A stretch of 64,000 bases of DNA from the NCBI GenBank assembly GCA_021295775.1, contig JAGWBS010000010.1, forward strand, positions 45,411 through 109,410. The letters are read 5' to 3'. Each line of letters starts with the position of its first letter. The stretch's first letter is position 1. Both the position numbers and the translations under genes were made by a program. This document shows, piece by piece, positions 20,858-30,276 of the stretch. Source of the stretch: Pseudomonadota bacterium. GTDB lineage: Bacteria; Myxococcota_A; UBA9160; SZUA-336. Below the pieces are notes generated by a model. That model was not told the origin of the DNA, searched no databases, and saw only the letters and a list, made by a program, of their open reading frames with translations.

Positions 20858-22291
20858 GTGGATTTCGCCGACTACGAGCTGAATGACGAAGTCTACGACG
20901 AGATGTTCCTGCCGGACGGCACCCCTCGCGGGCACTGTCTCTCGCTGCACGAGACGCTGCAGCAGCTTTCCGTGGATGAGCTGCGCGGCATCCAGGAGCG
21001 GGTCACTCGCTCTTTCTCGAACGAGGGCGTCACGTTCACGGTCTACGGCGACGAAGAAGCCGACGAGCGCATCCTGCCCATCGACTGCCTGCCCCGCGTC
21101 CTTCCCGGCGGCGAGTGGCTCCAGCTCGAGAACGGCCTGACCCAGCGGCTCGGAGCGCTGAACCGGTTTCTCGACGACGTCTACGGCGAGGCGCGCATCC
21201 TGTCCGACGGAGTCATCCCCCGGGACCTGGTCCACGGCTGCCCCCAGTACCGCGAAGAAATGCGCGGCGTCTCCGTTCCCCACGGGAGCTGGATCTCGAT
21301 CTGCGGAACCGACCTGGTTCGCACCGGCCAGGGCTTCCAGGTCCTCGAGGACAATCTGCGCGTGCCCTCCGGGGTTTCCTACATGATCGCCAACCGCAAG
21401 GCCGTCAAGTCGAGCCTGCGCCGCCTCTATCGGCGCTACCGGGTTCGCGAAGTGGAGCACTACGGGCGACTGCTGCTGGAGACGCTGCGCGAGCTCGCTC
21501 CCGCCGGGAATGCCGACCCCTGCATCGCTCTGCTCACTCCCGGGGTCTACAACTCGGCCTTCTACGAGCACATCTTCCTGGCGCGCGAGATCGGCGCGGA
21601 GCTGGTGGAGGGCCGGGATCTGCGGGTCGAAGACGGCTTCGTCTACATGCGGACGACCAGCGGCCTTAAGCGAGTCGACGTGATCTACCGCCGGGTCGAC
21701 GACGACTTTCTCGACCCGACGGTCTTCCGCTCCGACTCCCTGCTGGGCGTGCCCGGGCTGATGCGCGCACACCGGCTCGGCAACGTCGCTCTGGCGAACG
21801 CGCCCGGGACGGGCGTCGCCGACGACAAGAGCGTGTACGCCTACGTGCCCGACATGATCCGCTACTACCTGGGCGAAGAGCCGATTCTGGCCAACGTCGA
21901 GACCTTCCTGTGCCGGCGTCCGGAGGATCTGGAATACACCCTCGACAACCTGGAAAACCTGGTGGTCAAGCGCGTGGGCGAATCCGGAGGCTACGGCATG
22001 CTGGTCGGTCCGCATTCCACGCCGGCGGAACGCGAGCAGAACGCCCGGCAGGTGCGGGCCGACCCGGCCGGATTCGTCTCGCAGCCGGTTCTGGCGCTGT
22101 CCCGGTCGCCCTGTCTGATCGAGAATCGGGCCGAGCCGCGCCACGTCGACCTGCGCCCCTTCGCACTCCACGGCCGCCGCACCCGTATCGTGCCGGGCGC
22201 GTTCTGCCGCGTCGCCCTGCGCAGGGGAAGCCTGGTGGTGAACTCGAGTCAGGGCGGGGGCGGCAAGGACGTGTGGGTGCTGGAGAACTGA
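20858..22291 (+). CDS. circularly permuted type-2 ATP-grasp protein (COG2308 family)
   Basis: 477 aa. The N-terminus YDEMF.PDG.PR.....L...L..LS..EL and the later LANAPGTGVADDK and GG.G segments match my recollection of this family. It is followed directly by an alpha-E protein. Confidence 0.8.
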   Translation: MDFADYELNDEVYDEMFLPDGTPRGHCLSLHETLQQLSVDELRGIQERVTRSFSNEGVTFTVYGDEEADERILPIDCLPRVLPGGEWLQLENGLTQRLGALNRFLDDVYGEARILSDGVIPRDLVHGCPQYREEMRGVSVPHGSWISICGTDLVRTGQGFQVLEDNLRVPSGVSYMIANRKAVKSSLRRLYRRYRVREVEHYGRLLLETLRELAPAGNADPCIALLTPGVYNSAFYEHIFLAREIGAELVEGRDLRVEDGFVYMRTTSGLKRVDVIYRRVDDDFLDPTVFRSDSLLGVPGLMRAHRLGNVALANAPGTGVADDKSVYAYVPDMIRYYLGEEPILANVETFLCRRPEDLEYTLDNLENLVVKRVGESGGYGMLVGPHSTPAEREQNARQVRADPAGFVSQPVLALSRSPCLIENRAEPRHVDLRPFALHGRRTRIVPGAFCRVALRRGSLVVNSSQGGGGKDVWVLEN

Positions 22292-23254
22292 ATGCTCTCC
22301 CGCAGCGCACAGGGACTCTACTGGATGGGACGCTACCTCGAGCGGGCGGAGCGCCTGTGCCGCCTGCTGCGGCTGCAGGTGGAGACCCTGGTCGATCGGC
22401 CGATCCGGGAAATCTACTCCGGCTGGAGCCGGATCTACGCCAGCCTGAACCGGGAGCCTCCCGTGGGAGGTCTGGAACTCGGCGCGAACGACGACTTCAC
22501 CCTGGCCGACTCCTACACCCTGGCCGACGACCTGACCTTCGAGCGGACCAACCCGGACTCGGTCTGGAGCAGCTTTGCCAAGGGGCGCGAGAACGCCCGC
22601 CAGACCCGCCACTGCATCAGCTCCGAGATGTGGACCTGCCTGAACCTGGCCTATCTACGCGTTCAGGAACTGAGCATCGGGGACATCTGGAGGGTCTCGC
22701 CGGAGCGTTTCTACGCGGAGATCGTTCGGGACCTGGATACGTTCGCGGGCGTCGCCGAAGCGACCATGTACCGCGGAGAGGGCTGGAACTTCCTGCAGCT
22801 CGGTCGCCACATCGAGCGCGTCCAGCTCTCGGTCGCTCTGCTGCTCGCTCAGATCGCCACCGACCGATCGCAGGACGAAGCCTACGGGGCGGACTGGACC
22901 AGCCTGCTGCACCTCCATCAGGCCTTCGACGCCTACGGGCGCAGTTACAGCATCGAGGTCCAGCCGGACCGGGTCCTCGACCTGCTCGTCGGCGACCCGC
23001 TGCTTCCCGGCTCGCTCTGCCGCTCGCTGGACTCCGTCGCCTCCGAACTCGCGGCCATCCCCCCGGGGCCGGCCTCGGACGCGGAGGCCGCCCTTCAGCG
23101 ATTGGCCAGCCGGCTGTGTTCCCTGGTCCGCAACGACTGGCCGGACACCGAAGACAGGCAAGAGCTGTTGGAGCAGGTGGGAGAGCAGAGCCGGAACCTG
23201 CACCGGGGGGTGAGCGCCGCCTACGTCGACTACGACACCGCCGATACCTCGTAG
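22292..23254 (+). CDS. alpha-E domain protein (COG2307 family)
   Basis: 320 aa starting MLSRSAQGLYWMGRYLERAE, the hallmark alpha-E N-terminus. Its ATG immediately follows the stop of the ATP-grasp gene. Confidence 0.85.
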   Translation: MLSRSAQGLYWMGRYLERAERLCRLLRLQVETLVDRPIREIYSGWSRIYASLNREPPVGGLELGANDDFTLADSYTLADDLTFERTNPDSVWSSFAKGRENARQTRHCISSEMWTCLNLAYLRVQELSIGDIWRVSPERFYAEIVRDLDTFAGVAEATMYRGEGWNFLQLGRHIERVQLSVALLLAQIATDRSQDEAYGADWTSLLHLHQAFDAYGRSYSIEVQPDRVLDLLVGDPLLPGSLCRSLDSVASELAAIPPGPASDAEAALQRLASRLCSLVRNDWPDTEDRQELLEQVGEQSRNLHRGVSAAYVDYDTADTS

Positions 23255-23314
23255 CGCCGAACTCTCCCGGGCCTCGCCCGCATCGGAGCCGACGGAGCGC
23301 TCGCCGGCCTGCGC

Positions 23315-25098
23315 TCAGCCGGCTTTCTCGACTACGACAGTCACGATGTCGGAGCCGTGATACTGCTGGTGGCGCACCGACGAGGCGAAGTGCCGCAGCA
23401 GCCGCAGCGAGATCTATTCCTCGGCCGGGACTCCGACCGGCTCCGCCAACAGCGCCATCCGGTCTTCGAGGTTCTCTCCGCTGCCTCCTGCGATGAACTC
23501 CAGCTCGATCTTTCCCGTGTCGCTTCGAGCGATCAGGAGCAGGCGCCGCCCGCCCGCCTGCGGCTCTTCGCCGTCCGTCTCCGATCGCCGGCTCAGCGTC
23601 AGCAGGGACTCCTCCGCGGCGGAGCAGAGCCGATCGGCCGCGGCCGCGCTCCAGCCTCGGCGGGAGGCGAGCTCGCGCAGCAGATCCTCGATCGGAGTGA
23701 GGGCCGAGACGGCCAGGGCGGTCTCGATTCGCCGCCGGCGCTGGCCGGGCCAATGTATGGCCCCCGTCAGCAGCATCGCGGCCAGCCCCCGGCGGTCATG
23801 CCATTGCCCAGCAGGGACCCCCACCAGCCGCCGAGAGACTCGTGGAAGATGGCCTGGTTCTGGAAGCCCACTCCGATCCAGAACGCGACCCCGACCACCG
23901 TGGCCTTGCGGTAGTCGACGCCGTCCTGGACGACGATCTTCATCCCCAGGACGAAGAGGATCGCCAGCAGCACGGTCGTGTAGGCCGCCGCCACGGGATT
24001 CGGAATCGCGAGCAGCAGCGCGGTCAGCTTGGGCAGGAACGCCAACGCGAAGTAGAAGATCCCGATGCAGACTCCGACCCTGCGCGCGGCGACGCCGGTC
24101 AGTTCGATCCCCGAGACTCCCGAGGAATAGGTCGTGTTGGGGACCGTGCTTCCGAGTCCGGAGAGCAGATTGCCCAGACCGTCCGCGGCAACGGCTCCCT
24201 GTACGGCCCGGAAGTCCACCGCCCGGGGCCTGCGCCAGGAGATCTTCTGCACGGCCACGGAATCGCCGATCGTCTCGATCGCGCCCACCAGCGTCACGAA
24301 CACGAACGCCGGCAGCAGGGCCCAGAACTGGGGGGAGAACGACGGATCGAAACCCGGCCAGCCGTGGACGGGGACGCCGAACCAGTCGGCCGCGAGCACC
24401 CGCTCGAAATCGTAGATCCCGAACGCGGATGCCGCGATGCAGCCCGCCACCGCCCCGAGCACCGGCGCCCAGAGGCGCCATGCGCCGGTCGCCCTCAACG
24501 CGAGCACGACCATCGCCGCCAGCGTCACGGCGGCGCTCGTCGAGGCGGCCGTCGGCGACGTGCCCTCCGGCACCTGCGTCAGCAGGTCGAAGACGATCGG
24601 CATCACCGTCACCGGGATCAGCATGATCACCGTGCCGGCCACGCTGGGCGTGATGATCCGTCTCAGCCAGGAGAGGCGTCAGGCGATCGCGAACTGGAAA
24701 AGCCACGAGGCGACGATTAGAGTCGCCAGCATGCCCGGCCCGCCCTGCGTCAGGGCGGTGACGCAGACGGCGATGAAGGCGCCGGAGGTTCCCATGAGCA
24801 GGATGTAGCCGGCTCCGATGCGGCCGAGCCGGACAACCTGCAGCGCGGTGGTCGTCCCGCTGACGACGAGGGCCGCGAAGACCGCCCAGGACAGATAGGG
24901 ATCGCCCAGTCCCGCCCCGCGGATGACGATCACCGGCGTCAGCACCAGGCTCGCGACACTGAGCAGGGCGTGCTGGAAGCCGAGGCCGAAGGAAAGCGAG
25001 TAGGACGGCTCCTCGCCGGCCTCGTAGCGAAGCTCTGCGTCCCGGCCTGCGGCCGCGGTTGGCATGCGGGGACTGTCCTTCAGCTGGGAACCGAGCAT
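23315..25098 (-). pseudogene. NCS2 (xanthine/uracil/vitamin C) permease with extra C-terminal cytosolic domain, disrupted by two in-frame stops and one frameshift
   Basis: Three track ORFs (24679..25098, 23767..24642 and the tail of 23414..26092) plus 32 further codons down to 23315 form one continuous permease. There is an in-frame TGA at 24679-24681 (..FQFAIA*RLSWLRRIITPSVAGTVIML..), a frame change at the 5-nt G run on the coding strand (23786-23790), and an in-frame TAG at 23414-23416 (..VPAEE*ISLRLLRHF..). Confidence 0.8.
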
Positions 25099-25141
25099 GA
25101 GTTATACAGGATCGATCGGAGAGGCTGGGAGGGCTTTGGAC

Positions 25142-26137
25142 GTGCGTGCGGTCGAGATCGTGGGAGAGGGGCGGGAGGCTCGGCTTCGGCTGGGCGAGGC
25201 GGCGGATCCGAGGCCGAAGGCGGGAGAGTTGCTGATCGACGTGGTCGCCGCCGGCATCAATCGCGGCGACACATTGCAGCGCCAGGGCCTGTATCCGCCT
25301 CCGCCCGGAGCTTCCCCGATCATCGGCCTGGAATGCGCCGGCCGCGTCGCGGAACTCGGCGAGGGCGTCTCGAACTTCGCTTGCGGGGACCGCGTCATGG
25401 CGCTCCTGCCCGGCGGCGGCTACGCCGAACGCGCGGTCGCGCATGCGGGCTCCGTGCTGCCCGTGCCGCCCGGCCTGAGCCTGACCGAAGCCGGGGGCAT
25501 TCCCGAAGTCTTCCTGACCTGCCATCTCACGCTCTTCGACCTGGGGCGTGTGTGGACCGGCGAAACGGTGCTGGTGCACGGCGGCGGGGGAGGGATCGGA
25601 ACGGCTGCGATCCAGCTCCTGAGCCGCGCGGGAGCGCGGGTGCTGGTCACCGCCGGCAGCGCGGAGAAGTGCGCGAGCTGCCTCGAACTGGGCGCGGAGC
25701 GGGCGGTCCGCTACGGCGATGAGTCGTTCGCCGAAGCCGCGCTCGACTGGACGGAGGGGCGCGGCGTGGACGCGATCCTGGACCACGTGGGCGGGGCCTA
25801 TCTGGAAGACAACATCCGCTGCCTGGCCCGCGGAGGGCGCCTGATCCTGATCGGCGTCATGGCCGGCGCGAGCGGGACGCTCGACCTGGGCCGGATGCTC
25901 GGCCGCCACCTGTCGGTCATCGGCTCCACCCTGCGCCCGCGCTCCGTGGTCGAGAAGGCCGCGCTGGTCGAGCGCTTCCGGAAACGCTTCGGAGAAGACC
26001 TGTCCGCACGCAGGCTGAGCGCGGTCGTGGACCGAGTCTTCCCGCTGGCGGAGGCGCAGGCGGCCCACGAGCGGATGGAGAAGAGCCTGCATACCGGCAA
26101 GATCGTCCTGCAGGTCCGGGAGGAGCGGCCCGGATAG
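25142..26137 (+). CDS. NAD(P)H:quinone oxidoreductase (zeta-crystallin/PIG3-type MDR)
   Basis: Motifs GINRGDTLQRQGLYPPPPGASPIIGLECAG and VLVHGGGGGIGTAAIQL. I place the start at GTG 25142, preceded by GGGAGGG with an 8-nt spacer. The track ORF begins at 25064, so the start is uncertain. Confidence 0.85.
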   Translation: MRAVEIVGEGREARLRLGEAADPRPKAGELLIDVVAAGINRGDTLQRQGLYPPPPGASPIIGLECAGRVAELGEGVSNFACGDRVMALLPGGGYAERAVAHAGSVLPVPPGLSLTEAGGIPEVFLTCHLTLFDLGRVWTGETVLVHGGGGGIGTAAIQLLSRAGARVLVTAGSAEKCASCLELGAERAVRYGDESFAEAALDWTEGRGVDAILDHVGGAYLEDNIRCLARGGRLILIGVMAGASGTLDLGRMLGRHLSVIGSTLRPRSVVEKAALVERFRKRFGEDLSARRLSAVVDRVFPLAEAQAAHERMEKSLHTGKIVLQVREERPG

Positions 26138-26231
26138 TCCTGCAGAGGGCTCGCGATCACGCCCAGGTCGGGCTGTCAGGTCACGCGGGCGGGCGGCTGG
26201 CTTCCGGGACCGCGTTGACTTCCGGCAAGCC

Positions 26232-27236
26232 CTAGCCGGGCAGATCCCAGCCGAAGCGCCGCTCCCGGATCGCGGCCTGCATCTTCTGCACGTCCCAGTG
26301 CCACTTGCTCTCGCCCCAGCCGGTCTCTCCGCCCAGGCTCCAGCGGACGATCGAGGTGGTGGTGTAGGCGTTCACGGAGACGCTGTCGACCTGGGCGATG
26401 ACTTCGCCGCTCAGGTTCCAGGTCTTGCCGCGCGTATCCTCGAGTTCGTAGTCGATCGCGCGGGTTAGGTAGTTGTGCATCCGGAAGCGTCCGCGGCCGT
26501 GCTTGACCGCGACCAGCTCGCGGCCGTCCAGGACGTAGCCGTTGGTGACGATGCCCTGGTCGGGACGGTCATTGCGCGTCTGCACCGAGATCGTCAGCTC
26601 GCGGCCGAAGTGGGCGTCGTCGAAATTGCCCATCACGTTGTGCCCGAATTCGCGCCGGGGACTCCAGGAGTGATCGTGGGCCGACGGAAAGTCGACGTCG
26701 TAGCTACGGCCGTTGACCGTGACCTTCCCGGTCATGTTGAACGTCTGGTCGATGTGGCCAATCTCGAGCGGGGCGCCGGCGTCCGTGCGGTGAAAGACGG
26801 TGTAGCCCGGTCCGGAGCCTTCGCAGCGGATCTCCTGGGTGGCGACCGGGGGCATCAGCGCCTCGGCCACCAGCTCCCAGTGCGTGTCCACCCCGCTGTC
26901 GTAGCGGATCCGCCACTCCTGCAGCGGCTTGGTCATCTTGACCTGCAGTCCGTTGCTGAGCCGGTAGTCGTCCAGGTTGCCCTCGTAGGTCAGGTGGACG
27001 TCGTCCCGGGCGAACTCCCAGCCCAGGATCCCGCGCGCGGAGCTGCCGCCGAACACGAAGACGTTGGAGCGGGCGACTCCCAGATTGGTGCGGAACATGT
27101 TCCACATGTGGCCGCGAAGCGGGATCTCGGGGATCAGGAACGAAAACCAGTTGGTTTCCGCCCAGGTCGACTCCGCGAAGGCGGGCCGGTGGAACTTGGC
27201 GTCCTTGGGAGTGATCAGGCTCCCGATCTCGCTCAT
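26232..27236 (-). CDS. conserved hypothetical protein, function unknown
   Basis: 334-aa ORF with non-shadow-like composition (Trp/Asn/Phe-rich, few Arg runs). ATGA start/stop overlap with the upstream amidohydrolase. I recognise no catalytic motif. Confidence 0.65.
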   Translation of the reverse strand: MSEIGSLITPKDAKFHRPAFAESTWAETNWFSFLIPEIPLRGHMWNMFRTNLGVARSNVFVFGGSSARGILGWEFARDDVHLTYEGNLDDYRLSNGLQVKMTKPLQEWRIRYDSGVDTHWELVAEALMPPVATQEIRCEGSGPGYTVFHRTDAGAPLEIGHIDQTFNMTGKVTVNGRSYDVDFPSAHDHSWSPRREFGHNVMGNFDDAHFGRELTISVQTRNDRPDQGIVTNGYVLDGRELVAVKHGRGRFRMHNYLTRAIDYELEDTRGKTWNLSGEVIAQVDSVSVNAYTTTSIVRWSLGGETGWGESKWHWDVQKMQAAIRERRFGWDLPG

Positions 27237-28726
27237 GCCGTGACTTCCCGCAGACCGGCGCTGGCTTCGACCCCACTCCCGGTCCGCTCCCGGGCCACGA
27301 ACTCGGCGACGGCGCGCTCGACCGAGGTCCCGCGGAAGAAATCCGGGTTCGAGTCGGTGTAGAAGCGCGCCACGTTGGAAAACGTGAAGTCGCGGAACTG
27401 GCTCGGCGTCAGGCCGCCGTTCTCGACGCCTTCGTAGGCCTCCTCGAGCACCTCGGTCATTTCCGGCACGTCCCAGTGCCCGATGTCGGAACTGAACATC
27501 GCGCGGATCTCGGCGCCGAACGGGTTGCGGCGGCGGTCGAAGGCCGTCCCGACCATCGGGTCGTCCGCCTCGCAGCCGAAGTAGAAGTGCGGCACGAAGA
27601 GCCCGGGGATCTCCTCGGCGCGTCCGATGTCCAGCCCCGCGAAGTCGTCGGCGGGAGCGTCCTGGCCAAAGGTGCCCGGGAAACTCATCTCCCGCCCCGA
27701 ATCGGCCAGCTCGCCGCCGTACTTGGCCAGCAGTTCGGCAAAGCGCCGCTGGTCGATCCGCGCCGGATCGTAACTCTGGACCGCGCGCAGGTTGCGCTTC
27801 TCCCAGCGGGCGACCAGATCGGCGTACAGGCCCACGCCCCAGTGCACGCCGCCTTCCAGCAGCCCGAGGCGAAGCTCCGGAAACCGTCGGGTCACGCCGG
27901 CCATGAACAGCGACTTGACAAGCGCCTCGCTGGCCGCGCCGAAGTGACCGATGTGGTTGTACATGTAGTTGGAGATCGAGCGCCGGAAGCCCACGCCCAT
28001 GCTCCCGGAGTGCGATGCGACCGAGACGCCCAGTTCGGTGCAGCGCCGCCAGAACGGATCGTAGTCATGGGCGCTGTCGATGCCGAAGCTGTCCCACCAG
28101 ACGTTGTAAGGACTGTCGTCGGGCTCCTCGACCGGCCGCTCGACGAACCCGGAGATCATCACCGCCTTGAGGCCGAGCGGCCCGACCACCCACTCGAGTT
28201 CTTCGATGGCCTCTTCCGGGGTGTGCATCGGGACGACGGCGGCCGGCGTGATGCGGTCGCCGAATTCGGCGAAGCTCTGCGCGCTGTAACGGTTCACGGC
28301 GCGGCAGGCCGCGCGGCGCCCGCGCTCGTCGCGGATGTTGCCGTAGACCAGCCCCGCGCTGGGATACAGAACCGCGAAGTCGATGCCGAGCTGTTCGAGC
28401 CGCTGGTGCAGCAGGCCGGGGAGCGTGGCGGTGGCGAGATCCAGCGTGTTGGCGGCCGGGGCCGCCCACCACGGGGTGCGCACCGCGCGCCGCCGGGCGC
28501 GCTGATCGGGACTCATCCCGTCGTAGCCGGCCGTGCCGATCGCGGAGGCCACGTCCATGAAAAGCGCGCCCGGATCGTCGATGCCCTCGGCCGCCATGAA
28601 GCGCGCCAGGGCGGGCCTGAATTCGATGAAGTGACCGTCCGCGTCGATCACCGGGTGATCGAGCCGGGCGCGGACTTCCTCGGATGGGGTCGGCCGGCTG
28701 GGCTGGGTCATCTCGAATTCCTCCAT
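27233..28726 (-). CDS. amidohydrolase_2 family protein (large, ~500 aa subtype)
   Basis: 497 aa. N-terminal metal motif VIDADGHFIEF, then later HSGSMG and SSDIGHWD. Confidence 0.85.
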   Translation of the reverse strand: MEEFEMTQPSRPTPSEEVRARLDHPVIDADGHFIEFRPALARFMAAEGIDDPGALFMDVASAIGTAGYDGMSPDQRARRRAVRTPWWAAPAANTLDLATATLPGLLHQRLEQLGIDFAVLYPSAGLVYGNIRDERGRRAACRAVNRYSAQSFAEFGDRITPAAVVPMHTPEEAIEELEWVVGPLGLKAVMISGFVERPVEEPDDSPYNVWWDSFGIDSAHDYDPFWRRCTELGVSVASHSGSMGVGFRRSISNYMYNHIGHFGAASEALVKSLFMAGVTRRFPELRLGLLEGGVHWGVGLYADLVARWEKRNLRAVQSYDPARIDQRRFAELLAKYGGELADSGREMSFPGTFGQDAPADDFAGLDIGRAEEIPGLFVPHFYFGCEADDPMVGTAFDRRRNPFGAEIRAMFSSDIGHWDVPEMTEVLEEAYEGVENGGLTPSQFRDFTFSNVARFYTDSNPDFFRGTSVERAVAEFVARERTGSGVEASAGLREVTA

Positions 28727-28741
28727 CGGTCGGGAAGGCGA

Positions 28742-29668
28742 TCAGGACGGCAGGTCGGGCCTGCCGATGAACTCCAGGCAAGTCCCGTCGGGATCCGGAA
28801 AGAATACGGCCCACAGCCCTGCGACCGGGATCTCCGGGCCCATCTCGAGCCAGACCGGCGGCGGGCAGTCCACGCCCTGGGTGCGGATCTCCTTGTAGGC
28901 GGCGTGCGCGTCCTCGACCAGGAAGGCCATGCGGAAGATCCCCAGGTGATTGGCCGAGGGGTAGGGCGGCCCCGCCGGAGCCGGCTTCTTCCACTCCAGC
29001 AGGTCGATCATGAAACTCTCGGCCAGGCCCTTGGGGTAGAGGAACTCCGCCTCCCACTCGACCTCTCCCGGCAGTCCGAAGCCGGCTCCTGGGACGGGAC
29101 CGGGCCTGGAACCCCCGCGGACCTCCAGGCTCAGAACGCGCCGGTACCACTCCGAGGAGCGCGCGAGGTCCGAGCAGCAGATGTTCACGTGCACCAGCCG
29201 GGGGTCGCCTCCCGGGGCCTCGACGAACTCGACCACCGTTCCGTCCGGGTCGCGGCACATCAGTACCCGCGCGTGCAGCCCGTCTTCGGGTCGAATCGGA
29301 TAAGTGCAGGGAGGGGAGAGGCACTCCACGCCCGCCGCCCGCAGCCGGGCGTAGGTCGCGTCCAGATCCGGCACGCTCAGACAGACCCGCGCGAATCCGA
29401 GATGGTTCAGCGCCGGGTAGGGCCGGCCTACGGGCCCGGGCAGCTTCCACTCCAGCAGATCGATCGAGGTGGTGCGGGTCGCGTCCTGCATCATGAAGGC
29501 GTCCCACTGCACCTGGGGCAGCCCGAAGCCCGTCCCGTCCTGAGGACTCTCGGGGGCGGTGTGCGCCCGCGCTTCAAGACCGACAAACTCGGAGTAGAAG
29601 CGCCTGGAGCGCTCCAGGTCCGAGCAGTTCACGTTGCAGTGCGCGACGCTGAGGATCTCGACCGCCAT
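28742..29668 (-). CDS. two-domain VOC family protein (extradiol-dioxygenase-like architecture)
   Basis: 308 aa with two tandem VOC modules (HCNVNCSDLERSRRFY... and HVNICCSDLARSSEWY...). Confidence 0.8.
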   Translation of the reverse strand: MAVEILSVAHCNVNCSDLERSRRFYSEFVGLEARAHTAPESPQDGTGFGLPQVQWDAFMMQDATRTTSIDLLEWKLPGPVGRPYPALNHLGFARVCLSVPDLDATYARLRAAGVECLSPPCTYPIRPEDGLHARVLMCRDPDGTVVEFVEAPGGDPRLVHVNICCSDLARSSEWYRRVLSLEVRGGSRPGPVPGAGFGLPGEVEWEAEFLYPKGLAESFMIDLLEWKKPAPAGPPYPSANHLGIFRMAFLVEDAHAAYKEIRTQGVDCPPPVWLEMGPEIPVAGLWAVFFPDPDGTCLEFIGRPDLPS

Positions 29669-29715
29669 GCCGGCATTCTAGCCGCGTACCGCTTGGGGCG
29701 GGGCGCCCGCCCGGA

Positions 29716-30276
29716 TCAGGAGATCCCGAGTCGGCGGTCGAGCTTCAGCACGCGGATTGCGTTTTCGCGCAGGAACTTCGGCCAGACAGGGTCGCGGAAG
29801 GGCTCGTGTTCGCGCATTTCGGTGAACTGGCGCTCCAGCGAGATGCCCGCCGGGAAGTAGCCGCAGTACAGGATCTGGTCGGCCCCGCGCGTATTGGCGT
29901 AATTCACGATCTCTTCGGGGTAGTGCTTGGGGGCGAACGCGCTGGTGCAGTAGTGCAGCCCCGGCCACTTGAGCATCAGCTTCATGGCCAGCTTCTCCCA
30001 CGGCTCGCAGCCGTGGCGCGTGACCAGGGTCAGCTCCGGAAAGTCGTAGCAGACACCGCCCAGGTGCTCGACGTACTGCGGGTAGGTCGGAAAGCGCGGC
30101 CCCACTACGCCCGCGTTGAGGAAGACCGGCAGGTCCTCTTCGACGCAGGCGGCGTAGACGGGATACATCTTGGGGTCGTTGATCGGCACCTGCGGGAACT
30201 GCCCGCAGGGAAAGACGCCCACGCTCACGATGTCGTGCTCCGCCTTCGCCTGCCGGATGGCCCGCACGCAGCCCAT
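29716..30276 (-). pseudogene. 5'-truncated amidohydrolase_2 remnant (C-terminal ~185 aa only)
   Basis: The ORF 29716..30405 matches only the C-terminal half of amidohydrolase_2 (..LTLVTRHGCEPW.., ..ILYCGYFPAG..). There is no N-terminal HxH/DxHxH segment. The space upstream is occupied by the opposite-strand SnoaL gene starting at 30384. Confidence 0.6.

Noticed and set aside
24679-24681. In-frame TGA in the permease as a selenocysteine codon, considered because SelD is encoded in the window.
   Set aside because: Only a 4-bp stem (UCUC/GAGA) follows the codon, with no SECIS-like hairpin. The position is a loop/TM boundary with no redox role. The same gene also has a frameshift and an in-frame TAG.
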